From Felis catus (taxonomy: Eukaryota), in assembly GCF_018350175.1 (NCBI RefSeq), contig NC_058368.1, forward strand, positions 12,090,001 to 12,154,000: a DNA stretch of 64,000 nucleotides, in the 5' to 3' direction. Below the pieces are notes generated by a model. It did no database searches and had not been told where the DNA came from. It worked only from the letters and a program-made list of their open reading frames with translations. A program made the translations under genes and the position numbers. This document shows, one piece after another, positions 49,850-63,339 of this stretch. How positions within the stretch are numbered: the first letter of the stretch is position 1; each line of letters starts with the position of its first letter.

Positions 49850-50953
49850 AAGAACCTTCAAATCTAGTTTGGGATACAAGATTTGAACTTATGAAAAATT
49901 GAATAATACAGAAGTTAAGTACTATTTAATAGTAGCATAAATATTTCACAGACAAGCTGATGCTAATAAATCGTACGGATAATAGTGAGTCATGAAATAA
50001 TCATTGCTGGAAAGAACCTTTGGAATCGTGTCAGCCAAATTTCTCATTTGTCCCACTGAGCTGGCACACAAGATACTTGCTGGTTGTTTGCTTATCTGTC
50101 GCCTCCTCTATGACCCGGCCCGGCCACCCAGCCCCTTGAGGATAGGGCTGGGCCTGGGCTATCGCCGTAGGTCAGGGCTTCCTCATACAGAAGAAAAACT
50201 CATTTTAAGCACTCAATAAAGTTTGTGGGAATAAAATTGAATTGAACACGTCAGGTGCACCTTTGTACGCCCACAGTGCTTTCTAATAATAGGTGATCAG
50301 TGAGTGAAGACGAAACAAACAAATAATGACAGGTGACTTGGGAAAGAGGGAAGACCATGTCTCTCATGTTCAAAACATGATCCATCACATATTGATTGTT
50401 CTGTCTTGGGAAAATTAGTGAATGATTCTGAGTCTTTCTGGTCAGTGTATAAACCTAGCTGGTGTATATTTCTAACCCTAGTATACAGTCATATATATGT
50501 ATATATGTATATATGCTCACCTTATTTCTAAACCTGCTTTAAAACACTGCCTTTTCTCTTGTCTTTTGGTTTCATTTCATTATTAATTCGATTTATATCA
50601 TCGGTAAAGTTCTGATGATATTTTGAAGGTGCTTTGAACTTGGGTGACCATGAGACCAGAGGCCACAATAATGGAGTAGGGACGCCAGAAGAATAAACTG
50701 GTTTTGGAGGAAGGTCATGGCTTGAAGCTGTGTGAATTAGCTAGGACTGCCCTAACAAAGGACTAGCTAACAAGAAAAGTGTCCTGAAGAAACCAAGCCC
50801 ATTCTTTTATTGTCCCTTAGTTCACATTCCTCTCTCCTCTCTCACAGTGCATCTTATGTTTGTCAATACTTGCTTATGTTTTTTTGATGTCTTGGTAAGG
50901 GTATATCTTGCTTCCTTAATCAAATGTTAAGTCATCTGTGCATTTTCTTAGTT

Positions 50954-51005
50954 CTTTTTTAATGTTTATTTGTTTATTTTGAGAGAGAGAGAACAGGGAA
51001 GAGGC

Positions 51006-51038
<33 letters not shown>

Positions 51039-51165
51039 ATCCCAAGCAGGCTCTGCACTGTCAGCTCAGAGCCTGATGCAGGGTTCAAACCCACAACTGT
51101 GAGATCATGACCTGAGCTGAAATCAAGAATTGAATGCTCAGCCGACTGAGCCACCCAGGTGTCCC
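50954..51165 (-). mobile_element. CanSINE
   Basis: Full reverse SINE. Confidence 0.97.
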
Positions 51166-52373
51166 TTTTTCTTATGTTTGAGGACACACTGGAGCACTGT
51201 AAGGGAACCCTTGCTGGATGAGTATGGGAAGTTGTCCCCACCTTGGCCCTCCCAGTGGTAGGTAAATGGAAGGAAGAGAAACCCATCATGGTTCATTGGT
51301 CAAGCTTTCTGAAAGAGGGTTTGCCAGCTAAAGTGGGAAGTCTGGTGTAAGCGGTTCCACTCCCTGACCTTGGACAATATGAGGAAAAGCTGTACCTGAC
51401 AATGTGACCAAGAACAATGTGACCTAGTAAGTGCTGTAGGTGAAGGGCAGTGATGGTCTTCTCAGTGCAGTGCCCTGCTTACCTCCCCCAGTATTCCATT
51501 TGGAGGAGGAACACTACACTACATTTCTTGAGGAATTCTTCATTTTTAGGAGGTTCTGGAAAATAAATCTAAGAAGGTATTGGAATGTCCCACCTGTCCC
51601 CCATTTTATACTCTTTGAACAGAACTTTGAAGAGAGAAAGGGCTTAGAATGTCCTATTCTCCAGGATCTTCTCAGACCCGTGGGTTCACCTGAGCCTGGG
51701 GGAGACCACCTTGGTGGGTCCTGAAGCTGCTCTCAAGTTCTGGGGCTGTTCAGGGGCACCCAACCTCCTAATAGGCTGTACACCAACCCCTGGCCCAGTA
51801 TGAACACTGCTGGCATCGCTGGTCTGAGCCACAGTGATGCTCAGGGCTTCATTCAATGCCTTAAAACTCCTTTCCAATTACTGCCTCAACTTCTCATAAG
51901 AAAGCCCTGAAGTCTTAGAGAGACAAAACCCAGCTGCAGGATGAAATTGCGTGCATGGTTCTATCAGCAGTTCACGCTGCCGCACTTCTAGCTGACTGTA
52001 TGCCATCCTCTTAATTCTACCATGGCTCTCTTTCACCTGGGAATTTCATACGACTCAGTGATAATGATCTTCATGTTGTAGGTACTGCCTTCAACACTGG
52101 TATGTCATCAGCCGTGACTGTCCACTTGCAGAAATGTGGTGGGACTTTCAGAGATATGGCCCAGGGACCTTCGATTAGGCTGATGCAGAGATTTGTTCTG
52201 GTTTCCCATCTCATGCATACACCAGGCACCAGATAGAGACAGGCCATCAGCCATGAGCATTTCGAAGTCCCTGCTCTCATGGAACCTATATTCTAGCAAG
52301 ATGAGACAGACCGTATACAAGGAAACAAATGAATATGCGCTATAATGTTTGGTATGTTTTAAAGAAAATCGAA

Positions 52374-52572
52374 GGGTGCCTGAGTGGCTCAGTCAGTTAG
52401 GTGTCTGACTCTTGGTTTTTGGCTCAGGTCATGATCTCAGTTCATGGGATTGAATCTCGCGTCTGGCTCTGCACAGTTAGTGCAGAGCCTATTTGGGATT
52501 CTCTGTCTCCCTCTCTCTCTGCCCCTCCCCACCTCAAAAACAAGTAAGTAAACAAACAAACAAACAAAAAAG
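52374..52572 (+). mobile_element. CanSINE nested in L2
   Basis: Full SINE with (AAAC)n tail; TSD AAAGAAAATC. Confidence 0.96.
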
Positions 52573-53889
52573 AAAATCTAGAAACTGATGAGATGAGGGC
52601 TGCTACTTGATATTGCTTCCTTAGGGGGGGACTTCTTCTGATACCAGTTAATTAAAGACTTGAGTGTAGTGTGGAAACAATTTGTGTGGATATATGGATA
52701 AACATTCTGAGCAGGGGGATCAGCAAGTGCAAATGCCTGAAGTCAAGGGCATGTCTGGTCTATTCAAAGCAGAGTTGGGAGTCCCGTATGGGATGAGGGA
52801 AGAATAGCAGGGGTGGGGGCGGGGTTGGCAGGGTCTAGACCACACTGGAGGATTCAGAATTTCTCTGGGCATAATGGGAAGCCACTGGGGGATACTGAAC
52901 AGGAAATGATTGACTTCACATTTTTAGAGCATCAGTCTGGCTGCTGCTTGAGGAATCAGGGAGCAAGACTGGAAGCAGAGAGAAGGTGATTGCAGTGACC
53001 TGGGATTAAACAACGTCAGTTGGGGTGAGGGTGATAGCATGAATATGGTGAGCACCAGTCCAATTTGGGATAATTTATGAACATAGAGTCCAACAGAGTT
53101 TGATGATGGATTGGATTAGGGTTGCCAGGGGGAGACAATCAAGAGGCACTGATATAAATCAAAGCCACTGGTAATCTTCTGATTCTTGGGTTGGGTGATA
53201 GGTTTGTGGATTCATTAAATTAGTCTGTGTTACATCTTGCACACATAATTTGTATATTCTTTTCTATGAATCAAATGTTACATTTAAAAACATTTTAAAT
53301 TTAGTAGAGAGAGACCATGGAAAGAAAGGAATTGGAGACGGTGGATGCAGATCATTCTCTCAAGGAGAATTGCTGAGTGGTCTTGCAGAGGTGTGGAGGG
53401 GGTGTGGTATCCTGTGACACGGCACCCCGAGTTTGTATGTGCGGATGCTGATAGGAATCATGCCTCAGTAAATAAGGAAAAGAATGAGGATGGAGAGGGA
53501 ACTTCAAGAATGGAGCTCCTTGTTATCGGGAGGGGATGGGGTGAGAAGCCAGTGAGAAGAGGCTGACCCCTGGATAGGGTGGGGCGTTTCTGCATTATGA
53601 GAAGATGGGAGGCAGAGTGTAAGCACAGAGCCGTGTGGGATGGGAGATTTGTTGTGAGAGGTTGTGAAGTTTATTTTCCAATCACTTCTGTCTTCTCAAT
53701 GAAAGAGAAGCAAGGTCAGCCTCTGAGGGTGGGAATGGGGGAGGAGGTGTTAGAGCTTGAAGAAAGAGGAGAAGCTATGAATTAGGAAGTGGAGAGAAAG
53801 GGCACAGGAAATGTGCAGGGTGGTTGGGCTGGGCTGAAGGCCCACGTGGGACTTGTGGTAACAAATTTTGAGATAATCCACTTGGTGCC

Positions 53890-53942
53890 TTTTTATTTTA
53901 TTTTATTTTATTTTATTTTATTTTATTTTATTTTATTTTTTT
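53890..53942. repeat. (TTTTA)n microsatellite
   Basis: Direct reading. Confidence 0.95.
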
Positions 53943-54705
53943 GCCAGGCTACTACTTTGAAGGGAGAAGGGTAAAGGCATTGAGAAAGAATGCAAGAGCG
54001 TGTTTAGAATAGCAACAAAGGAATCTCAGCTCTAGAAGGAGGGGAGTGAGGTTGTGGGCGGGGTTGAGATGGTAGGACAGTGGCAAGGTAGTAGGGTCAG
54101 AGGATTCCCAGTCTTAGTGGGGCCGTCGAGTCCTTGCCAGGCAAGTACTGGTGGGAGTAACACGGAAAGGTGGCAGGGGGCGGTTACAGGGTGGCGTACA
54201 TAAAACTGAGATGTTAGAGGTGATGTACTTATTGATAACGACAAAGTCTAGGGTGTGGCGTGGATGTCTGTGGAAAAAGCAGGCTGGAGGCCAGGAGCAT
54301 CAGAGACGAGGCGATCAATGAATTTAGAGGCCAGAGTGGTGGCGAGAGTGCATAAGCAAATAACCTTAAGGGTAATGAAAGTAGTAGTGGAGAGAAGGAC
54401 CAAGTCAGGTGCTGAGGTCTTCAGTCAATGAGGGGTTGCTTATATGGTTGTCGAGGACCTTCAGATGCTGCAGTCTGATGGCTTTGGAAGCCATCCACCC
54501 CTTCTGGGGTCTGCAGGGAGGATAGAGAAACCATCGTCTGGAGGAGGCATAGGAAGAAGGATCCCTCTGCTCAACTCGACGTTCCCATGGTGTTCCTTGT
54601 CTGTTTTCCTTCCACTGCTCTGCTCAAGTGTCGGCTTTTGCATTCTGCTTTCACATTTCACATTAAGATTTGAGATATGTTTATTCTTTGAAACTCAACT
54701 GCCCA

Positions 54706-54918
54706 GGGGCGCCTGGGTGCCTCAGTCGGTTAAGCGTTGGACTCTTGGTTTTGGATCAGGTCATGATCTCGTGGTTTCATAAGTTTGAACCCTGAGTCAG
54801 GCTCTGCACTCACAGTGCAGAGCCTGCTTGGGATTCTCTTTCTCCCTCTCTTTCTGCCCCTCCCCCACTGATGTTGTTTCTGACTCTCTCAAAATAAATA
54901 AACTTAAAAGAAAAAAAA
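54706..54918 (+). mobile_element. CanSINE
   Basis: Full SINE. Confidence 0.97.
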
Positions 54919-55737
54919 CCTCAGCTGCCTTTTGGAAAAGTGAGTAAATGAGTCATTTCTGAGTAAAAGTGTCCATGACCAGGGCTGGGCATAGGGAGGG
55001 GCATTAGGCTGTTCAGGAGAACTTTCTTGTGGAGTTAGGAGTGTGGCTGGCTGAGAAGATGCTTCTCTGATCACACGTGGGGTAGTACATTGGGCCTGAT
55101 GGAGTCAGGGCCTCGAGGCCAACCTCTAAGTAGGGAAGGTCCTTAAAAGACTTTCTAAGAAGTTTGAAAAGAAGACTCTGGATTAATAACTAGCAGAGAT
55201 TGGAGTGGGAGAGACTGATGACAGGAAAGCCAGCTGGGAGGCTTTGGCAGAAGTTATAGAGCCTGAATGGGATGGGGAAGGTGTGGAAAGAAGGAAGGAG
55301 GGAAGGAAAGGGCAATTAGAGAAGATATTTTGAGAAAAGAACCAAAATAATCTATTTGATGATTGCATATAGGAGACAAGGGGAAAGAAGAATGAGAGAG
55401 GACTCTAAGGTTGTTTTCCTGGAGGTGGGAGACTACTGTCAACCCTGGAAGAAACAGCAGTGAGCAGGTGGGCTAGATTTGGAAGCAAAATAGTTTTTTT
55501 CATTTTTGAAAACATTTTTTTTTTTTACTTCCCAAAGCAACACAGCCACTGTGTTCTTGTATTATAAAATATAAAATATATTTATATAACAAAACATAAA
55601 CTCTTATATAAAATATAAAATAAGAAGTAATTAGAGGTAAAATTTTGGTATACACTTTCCCAAATATGTACGGATATTTGTGTGAGAATTTTAGAGCATA
55701 TGTTAGATCATATTTTACCTAAAATTGCATAAACTGC

Positions 55738-55964
55738 TTTTTGATTTTTTATTATTTTTTAAAGTTTATTTATTTATTTCAGGAGAGAGAGAAAGCAAGA
55801 AACAGAGTACAAGCCAGGAAGGGGCAGAGAGAGGGAGAGAGAATCTTAAGCAGGCTCCACACTCAGCATGGAGCCCTATGTGGGGCTCAAACCCATGAAC
55901 TATGTCATGACCTAACCCAAAATTAGAGCTGGATGTTTAACTGACTGAGCCACCCAGGCGCCCC
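55738..55964 (-). mobile_element. CanSINE inside an old antisense L1ME-like fragment (~55510-56520)
   Basis: Full reverse SINE; flanks include GTAGTCCATTGTACGGAT and TTGTTGGATATTTAGGGTGTTTCCA. Confidence 0.95.
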
Positions 55965-56544
55965 AACCTACTTTTTTTTTTAAACACTTAATATGTTGTA
56001 AACCTTCTTCTGTGTCATTGCATAGTCTACTACTCTGCCATTTTGAAAAACCACACAGTAGTCCATTGTACGGATAATTTGTTATACCAACCCTCTCTTG
56101 TTGGATATTTAGGGTGTTTCCATTCTTTTGCTACATTCAACGTTTTTCAGTAGCTGTCTTATAGCTAAATATTTGTTCACAGTCATAATGTTTTCCCTGT
56201 CATTCCTTTATCCTCCAAATACATATTGAATGCTGAGCCCATGGGATCAAAAGTGAATTCGTCTTATCTCCAAGGTTCATGTGGCTCAGGGCGGGGAAAC
56301 AGACAAGGAAGCAGGCCTACACTTACAAGGTGAGCGTTACAATCTAATTCTCTGATTTCTGAGATTAGATTGTTTAGAACTTAATTTAAAATTCCTATCT
56401 TCAATGCTTTGTAAAATGCCACGATGAGTTCTCTAGGTTAATTTTCAGAAATGAAATTGTGATTCAACATTTTAAGATTTCAGTCTGTGTTTCCCAGTTG
56501 CCCTTCAGAGAGGCTGTGCCAGTGATACCCCCCCAGGAAGGTGA

Positions 56545-56965
56545 GGCAGAGCCTGCTGCCCCTCCCCGGGCACCCTTTCTTGCCCTTTTCTAGGAGTAAC
56601 AGACATCCTCAAGTTGTAGCTGGGCACTCGGCTTCCCAGCTGTAGATTAATTTCCTACTTCCCTTAGCAGCTCGGCATGGTCATATATCTTTGTTTTGCC
56701 ACATGGGATGTGTAGGAAAGGATGAGTGCAACTCGTGGCTCCTTCCTGTAGAGATGCTTACTCTGGACATTCTCTTGTCAGTTCCCTGGTTGGTGGCTGA
56801 GAAATGGCGATGACGGCGGCCATCTTGGACATGTGGGCCGAGGATGGCAGAACCAGCTCAGACCCTGGATTGTCTCCCCCTGGACTCTCAAGTGAGTGAG
56901 AAACAAACTTCTATATTGTTTAAGTCCCTGTACTGTTGTTGGAGCCAGCTTAGCTGGCCCCAAAG
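56545..56965 (+). mobile_element. Old MLT1 (J/K-like) solo LTR
   Basis: GGCCATCTTGGAC...GAGGATGGCAGA...GAGAAACAAACTTCTATATTGTTTAAG. Confidence 0.8.
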
Positions 56966-57204
56966 TCATATACACAGCACCTAAGAGTATCTCTTAGCCT
57001 AAACCCTGGCTAACACTATGCAAATTTAAGGCCAAGAGTATTCTCCCTTTTAATGTTTCTTTAGTGGCCAGAAAATTGTACCTTTTTTTGTTTACATGGC
57101 TAATGGTTATGGAATTATGCTGAACTTATTAATTGGGATTTTAACAAGCAGTAACATGGTTTGCTTCCTGGTTGAACCCTAGGCTCCTAATTTAATTTGG
57201 AGTT

Positions 57205-58555
57205 AGCCTTTACTCCTCTCTCTCAACCGCACATCTAATCTTCCAGGAAATCCTTGGCTCTACTTTCCGAATAGATCCAGAATCTGACTACTTCTAGCCA
57301 CTTCTACTGCTACTGCCTCACTTCCAGCCTGCTTACTTCCCATCTTTTCCTGAAGGAGCAGGCAGAGTGATCCTTTAGAAGCCATCCGAGTTCACATCAG
57401 GTGAACCCTCATCACCGAGAACCCTCCAGCGGCTTCCCAGTGAGAAGCCAGCTTCTCTACTCGGTGAGAAACAACGTTCTCTGTTCCTGCCCCAATGGCC
57501 TCCTTGTTGGTCCTGAGTGGGCCAGGTCCACCCTGAGCCCAGCCCTTTGCCCTGGCTTTTCTCAGTGTCATTTATTCTTTGTCCAGCTATACCCGTGGTT
57601 CATTTTCTCACCTCCTTCAGGTCTCTGCTGAAATTCTACCCCTCAGCGAAGCTCATCCTGACCCTGTTAACTGCAGCCACTCCCCATCAGCAGGGCAGTC
57701 CTGTTCTCTTTCTTGACTACATATTTACCTCCCTATAGCACACATCACCTCCTAATGTGCTATGTACTGAACAGTTTACTTAATACGCTTATTGTTTATT
57801 TTCTGTCTTCACTAGAATATAAATGACACGAGGGTAGGGAATTTGTTTATTTTGTTCACTGCTCGATGCCAAATGCATAGTACAATACCTGGCATGTAGT
57901 AAGCATATTTGTTTCCTATTGCTGATGTAGCAAATTACCCCAAACTTAGCGGCTTTAGACAACACAAGTTCATTAACTTACAGTTCTGAAATCAGAGTGT
58001 TGGCAGGGTTATGCTCCTGCTGGAGGTTCCAGGGGAAAATGTGTCTCCTTGCTCTTTCCACCTCTAAAGACTGAGGCCATTCCTTGGCTCGTGGTCCCAC
58101 ATCACCACCAGGTCTGCCGGAATCACCTTACCTCCTTCTTGGACTCTGGCTTTCCTGCCCTCCTACTTCCAGTATAAGGGATTTCACTGGACCCACCCAT
58201 GTGTGTCAGTGTTTCTCCTGAAGGTACTAATCCCATCCTGAGATTCCCCACCCTCGTGACCTCATCTAAACCTAATTATCACCCAAAGGTCTCATCTCTA
58301 AACACTACCACGTTAAAGATTAGGGCTTCAATGTATGGATTTTGAGGGGACACAATTCAGTTCATAGCACCCGGATAATCCAAGATAATCTCTCTCTCAG
58401 GATCCTTAAGGACATCGGCAAAGTCCCTGTTACCGTGTAAGTCCTTTTCATATTCATAGGTTCCAGGGATTAGAACATGGGCATTTTTGTGGGCACCACA
58501 TAACTGCCTATCACAGCAGGTGATCAGTGAATATTTGTTAAATGAGTGAATAAAG
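57205..58555 (+). mobile_element. L2 3' portion interrupted by MLT1 LTRs
   Basis: GGCTCTACTTTCCGAATAGATCCAGAATCTGAC...CCTGGCATGTAG; resumes GAATATTTGTTAAATGAGTGAATAAA. Confidence 0.85.
57904..58515 (-). mobile_element. MLT1C/D-type LTR with a nested MLT1A fragment (58200-58369)
   Basis: TTTCCTATTGCTG...CAAATTACCCCAAACTTAGCGGCTT; GGATAATCCAAGATAATCTC; nested piece ends GGACACAATTCAGTTCATAGCA. Confidence 0.88.
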
Positions 58556-59539
58556 CCTTGTGAATACGAAATACATTTCTGGGTTTGGTCTGGTTGCTGT
58601 ACATTTAATTCTATTTCAGGCCAGACTGTCCTCGCCTCTGGCATTCTAGTGGCTAATTGTTCCCAGGGGACTTTGGCTGTGGAAGTTCCCCCCTTGCCCT
58701 GGTCTGGTGACACAGCTCCAGGGCAGCTCTCTGAAACTCTTCCTTGTCAGCTGTCCATCCACAGAGCTTAAGTCAGCTCGCTGTAAAGTGTGAGCTGGTA
58801 ACAGCAGTCACCTCATTCCCTACTTCTGCTTTTTAGGCCTCTCGATTCTCAAAATACCTTGTTGCCTGTGCCACAATATTGCCTCTCAGCACTTCTCATC
58901 GTCTCCTCTAACACCATCCACAGGTCACGCTTCCTGAAAGGTGTGGGGAAGCCTCTCCCTCCCCTACTTCGGGGAGCAGGACTGACTGTTGGCACTTTGA
59001 TGACCCTAATTTGGAGGAATGGGTTTTATAAGAGTGAGTGGTCACAAGCTCAATCGTGTTAGAGTCACTGCAGCACCCAAGCAGAGATGTTTATTCACTC
59101 CACCAGTGTTTACTGAGCGCTCTGCAGGGCATGAGGGCACCACGCTCTGCCCTTGAGAAGTTCATTGTGGATCAGATGCTGCAGGAGCACAGATTTGAGT
59201 GAGAGATTAGCGAGTGCTTCCTCCGAACCATAAAGAGCGTGGCTCTAAGCTAGAGGCTCTATGTGGCTCTTGGGGACAGAACCAAGACCCTCTGGTAGAA
59301 GGTACAAGGAGGCAGACTCTATGGAACAAGTAAGATTTGGTTTGACACTGCGGACTCTTCACCAGGTGGTGATTTCCAGGTCAGAAGAATCGTTCAGGCA
59401 GTGGGCAGGAAGGAGGGAGACAGAGAAGACTCCATACCTGGTGAGACTTGCAGTCCTGTGACCCCAAGCTTCCTTCCAAGTCTAAGATTCTCTTTCTGAT
59501 TAGGTTGGGGTATCAGGCTGATAAAGACACATGATTAGT

Positions 59540-59760
59540 ACCTGGGTCACTATCAGCTGCAAAGGATGGAACCCACCCTGGCTGGTTTAAGCAGAGAAGG
59601 GATTTGGACTTGCAAGGACATTAAGTCACTCACAGAATGGGATACATTTCAAAGCACAATGGAGGCTGAGCTTCAGGGAACAGGAAACCACTCCCACTCC
59701 TGTTGCCGCCAAGAGTCGTCACCCAGATGGAGTGGATGCCAGCTGGAAATGATCTCAGAC
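59540..59760 (-). mobile_element. Old MLT1 (K-O-like) LTR fragment
   Basis: TCAGCTGCAAAGGATGGAACCCACCCTGGCTGGTTTAAGCAGAGAAGGGATT. Confidence 0.55.
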
Positions 59761-60229
59761 TAGTCTCCCCTCTCCCCTCTCCCCTTCCTTCCTCCTTCCT
59801 TCCTTCCCTTCTGTGCCCTTGCATCCATTCCTCAACTCTGTGTTTGTTCTTTCTTTCTTTTTTGATTTTGCTTTCCTAAGAATACGAGTTCCGTGTTCAG
59901 AATTTCTCTTTATATTCCCTCTCTTTTCTCTGGGACATAAAAAGAATTGAAAAGAAGAGGTAGGGAGATTAGTGCTTGTTTCCATTCATACAGCATCACT
60001 TTACCCACTGGTACTACACTACTGAGTTAATCCTTAGGTGATGATTTAGCCACCTTTTCCTTTGTTTCTTTTTTTTTTTTTTTTTCTTCCTCAGAGGTGA
60101 GGGATGGGCAGAAAGTATTTACAAAGGAAAAATAAAAGGAAAAAAAAAAAATCCCCTCCTTCAATTCCATGCCTCAGAGGTGGGACGCATTTGGCATATC
60201 TTCAGCCAGGAGATTAAAAAAAGAACTCT

Positions 60230-61500
60230 AAATTTGTAACATAATTTATGTAAATTTCCCCTATTGAAGGGCATTGGGGATTTTCCTATTGTCTTTGGTC
60301 ACACACAGTGTTACCAGGCATTTGTTCACATGTATCTTCATCCATTTGTTGCTCTATGGCTGTAGGATAGAGTCCTTGAAGTGGCATTTCTGAATTAGAA
60401 GGTGTGGGCACGTGTATTTTTTATAGATAATGACAAATTACCCTTCTCCAAAGTTGCAATATTTACACATTTATCAGTAGTATATGAATGTACACATTTT
60501 CTAACACTAAATGTGATTTTTTCCCCCTGCTTTTAGGTGAAAAATGGTTATCTCTTTTAACAATTTTCTTTTGTTGTCTATTAGTTTGACCATTCTTATT
60601 TGCTTATGTTTATTGGGAATTTTAATTTTTTCCTTCATGACATGCCTATTCACATTTTTTGATGATTTTCACATTGAGTCGATTGCCTTATTTACGTATT
60701 CATTTACAGAGACTCTATGGATCACAGCTATTAACTCTGCAGATATTTTCTTCCAGATATGTCATTTGTCTCTAATTCTAAGTAGTGTCTTTGATCACTC
60801 AGTGAACATTGTCAGTCTTTTCCTTTATGTTGTCTGGGTTTTGTTTCATGCTGGAAAAGGCTTTCTTCACTACGACATTGTAAACAAGGTCTCCTGCATT
60901 TTTCTAGTATTTTTACACATTATTTCACTTTGTTAACTAGTCGCTTAGGAATATTTTGCTATTATGGTGTAAATTTGGAATCTAACTTTATTATTGTTTT
61001 TTCAAATGAATGGTCATTTTCACCAGTTTAAAAAAATCACCCCCTCCATTTTAGCTTATGTTAAACTATTGTAAAATTATTATATCTATGGATCTATCTA
61101 TCCATCCAGAGCTGCTTTATATATTCCAGTATGTTTTACTATTTTTTTAAGTGCTTATTTATTTTTTGAGAGAGAGACACAGCACACAAGCAAGGGAGGG
61201 GCAGAGAGAAAGAGAAAGAGAGAGAGAGAGACAGAATCTGAAGCAGGCTCCGGGCTCTCAGCTGTCAGCACAGAGCCCAACGCGGGGCTCAAACCCACGA
61301 ACCGTGGGATCATGACCTGAGCCAAAGACAGATGTTTAACTGACTGAGACACCTAGATGCCCCTGTTTTACTATTTTTTTCACTATCCCAGTAATACATT
61401 GCTTCCCTTATAGTAGTGAAAATTCTTCCTTATTCTTCCTTTCACAATTTTTGACTGCTTGTGCACAATTTACATTTCTTCTCTGACACTGAATATTTTT
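60230..61500 (-). mobile_element. Old L1ME-like fragment
   Basis: CCCTATTGAAGGGCATTGGG; TAGGTGAAAAATGGTTATCTC; hydrophobic antisense ORF 60544-60936 typical of the L1 reverse strand. Confidence 0.8.
61142..61363 (-). mobile_element. CanSINE
   Basis: Full SINE; TSD TGTTTTACTATTTTTT. Confidence 0.97.
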
Positions 61501-61549
61501 TATGTTTATAATATATCTGATTTTTTTCTGTCTGTTCTTTGTGTGCTTT

Positions 61550-61835
61550 GCCGACTTAAGCATGTTGAGTTTGAGATGGGAGCTTGAAATTTCCTGGTTG
61601 AAATGCAGGGCAGGCACTGTAGGTATGGAGTGGGAGCAGAGGCAGATCACGGCAGAGATTCCAATTTGTGAATCACCCTCACAACTGCAACCAAGGAATA
61701 GATGAGCTCTCAGAAGAAGGATGTCGGGAGAGAGTTGGATGGAGGGCCAAGGACTAGGAGATGGGGATGGTAAATAAGAGGAGAGGTGCCAAGTGAGGAT
61801 CACAAAAGTCACACCATAGAAAAGAAATTATAAAG
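61550..61835 (-). mobile_element. L2 fragment
   Basis: CATGTTGAGTTTGAGATG...GGCAGGCACT...GATGAGCTCTC. Confidence 0.65.
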
Positions 61836-63053
61836 ATCAAAATGCCCAGGCTACATAGAGGTTCTTGTTGAAAAAAAGAAGACTTTCAGGTTCTCTGTTT
61901 AGAGGGAGATGGCCCAAATAGTGTGGGTTCAACATCAGCACTGTTGGCTGAGGATTTGTAGGCAACTCAGCTGTCACTCGGTCAAGGGCTCAGACCCTAC
62001 ATCCAAATCGTATTAGTTACACTAAAGAGTGATATATTTTCTGCCATTTTTCCATGCTGGTGATATATTCCAACTAATTAATTCACTTTCTGCTTCAACC
62101 AATTCCCCTGGTGACTCAGGACATCAATTCAAGCCTGTGGCCAGGGGCAGAGGGACAATCATTGAGTAGACCAAAGGATGCTAATTGGGCCCATCCAAGT
62201 CTGAACCATTGCCCTTGGTCCTAGCCAACAACAGAGACTGGCCATATGCAAAGAAACAGCAAATTCCATTTCATAATGTATGAGAAGTACAGCTATACAT
62301 CTCAGTGAGAAACAGGTCATAATATTGTGAATTTAAACACAGGCATTTAGACAACCTGAAGTACTATATCAAATATTTGAGATAAATGTGGTTGAGATAG
62401 TTACTTTAAAAATGCATGCTGTGGAGCCTTAATCTTGCTGGTCAGCGATATTTTAATCATCTTTTGTTGACTCTTCAGGAAGTTCACTATGGTGGCTTTG
62501 ACTTTTTTTCATAGTCCTCCAGCTTGCTCCCTCTTGGCAGCTGCCCTAGCCTTCTATTGTACTAGAAGACAGAAACCATTAGTGTTAAGTTTCCTGGCAT
62601 TCCCCTGCCCACCGCCATCAGCCTGTCACCTCAAAATATATGTGTACGCCTTCGTTTCTGCCTCCAACTCTGTCTGTAGCTGTACCTACCTTTCTTCTTT
62701 TCTTCTCTCAAGAAGATATAGTCCTTCCTCACTTTGGACCAAAATGTGTTGACTTGATATTTCCTTTAATTTGCATACAAATTTAAATGTCAGATAATGT
62801 TGAAAGGTTTTATTGTGAAATCACCAAACCTCCTGATTTTGCCCCTTTCAACTCTTCCAGTTGTTTTTTCTTGGTATTTCACCACACAGTTAAAAATGAG
62901 GTGTATGTACCCCCTTTCTCTTGAGGCATTGATACAATTGCCCAATACAGTTATAATCATAATTCTCTTTTACATTCATACAAAGTATAAATAAGTAAAA
63001 GTCATTCACAGTGGAGCCAAGTAGTGTACTATAGCTTTTCCTTTATCATACAA

Positions 63054-63278
63054 CTTTTTTTTTTTTAATTTTTTTTTTAACGTTTTATTTATTTTTGAGA
63101 CAGAGACAGAGCGTGAACAGGGGAGGGGCAGAGAGAGAGGGAGACACAGAATCTGAAACAGGCTCCAGGCTCTGAGCTGTCAGCACAGAGCCCGACGCGA
63201 GGCTCGAACTCACAGACCGTGAGATCACGACCTGAGCCGAAGTCAGAGGCTTAACCGACCGAGCCACCCAGGCGCCCC
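63054..63278 (-). mobile_element. Young CanSINE
   Basis: CpG-rich; TSD TATCATACAACTTTT. Confidence 0.98.
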
Positions 63279-63339
63279 TATCATACAACTTTTAACTTTT
63301 TTTTCCTAAGGAAGGGATTACCTCATTTTCTTTCTTTCT

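Larger units (their letters stand above)
52210..54430 (-). mobile_element. Long interrupted L2
   Basis: GTCCCTGCTCTCATGGAACCTATATTCTAG; CAGCAAGTGCAAATGCCTGAAG; AATGGGAAGCCACTGG; purine-rich continuation. Confidence 0.82.

Noticed and set aside
60060..60101. Poly-T followed by CAG-AG-GTGAGG, and similar CAG|GT sites at ~21450 and ~39465
   Set aside because: Weak donors or tracts explained by simple T runs; expected by chance in 64 kb
60544..60936. 130-aa hydrophobic ORF resembling a membrane protein
   Set aside because: Antisense reading of T-rich old L1 sequence
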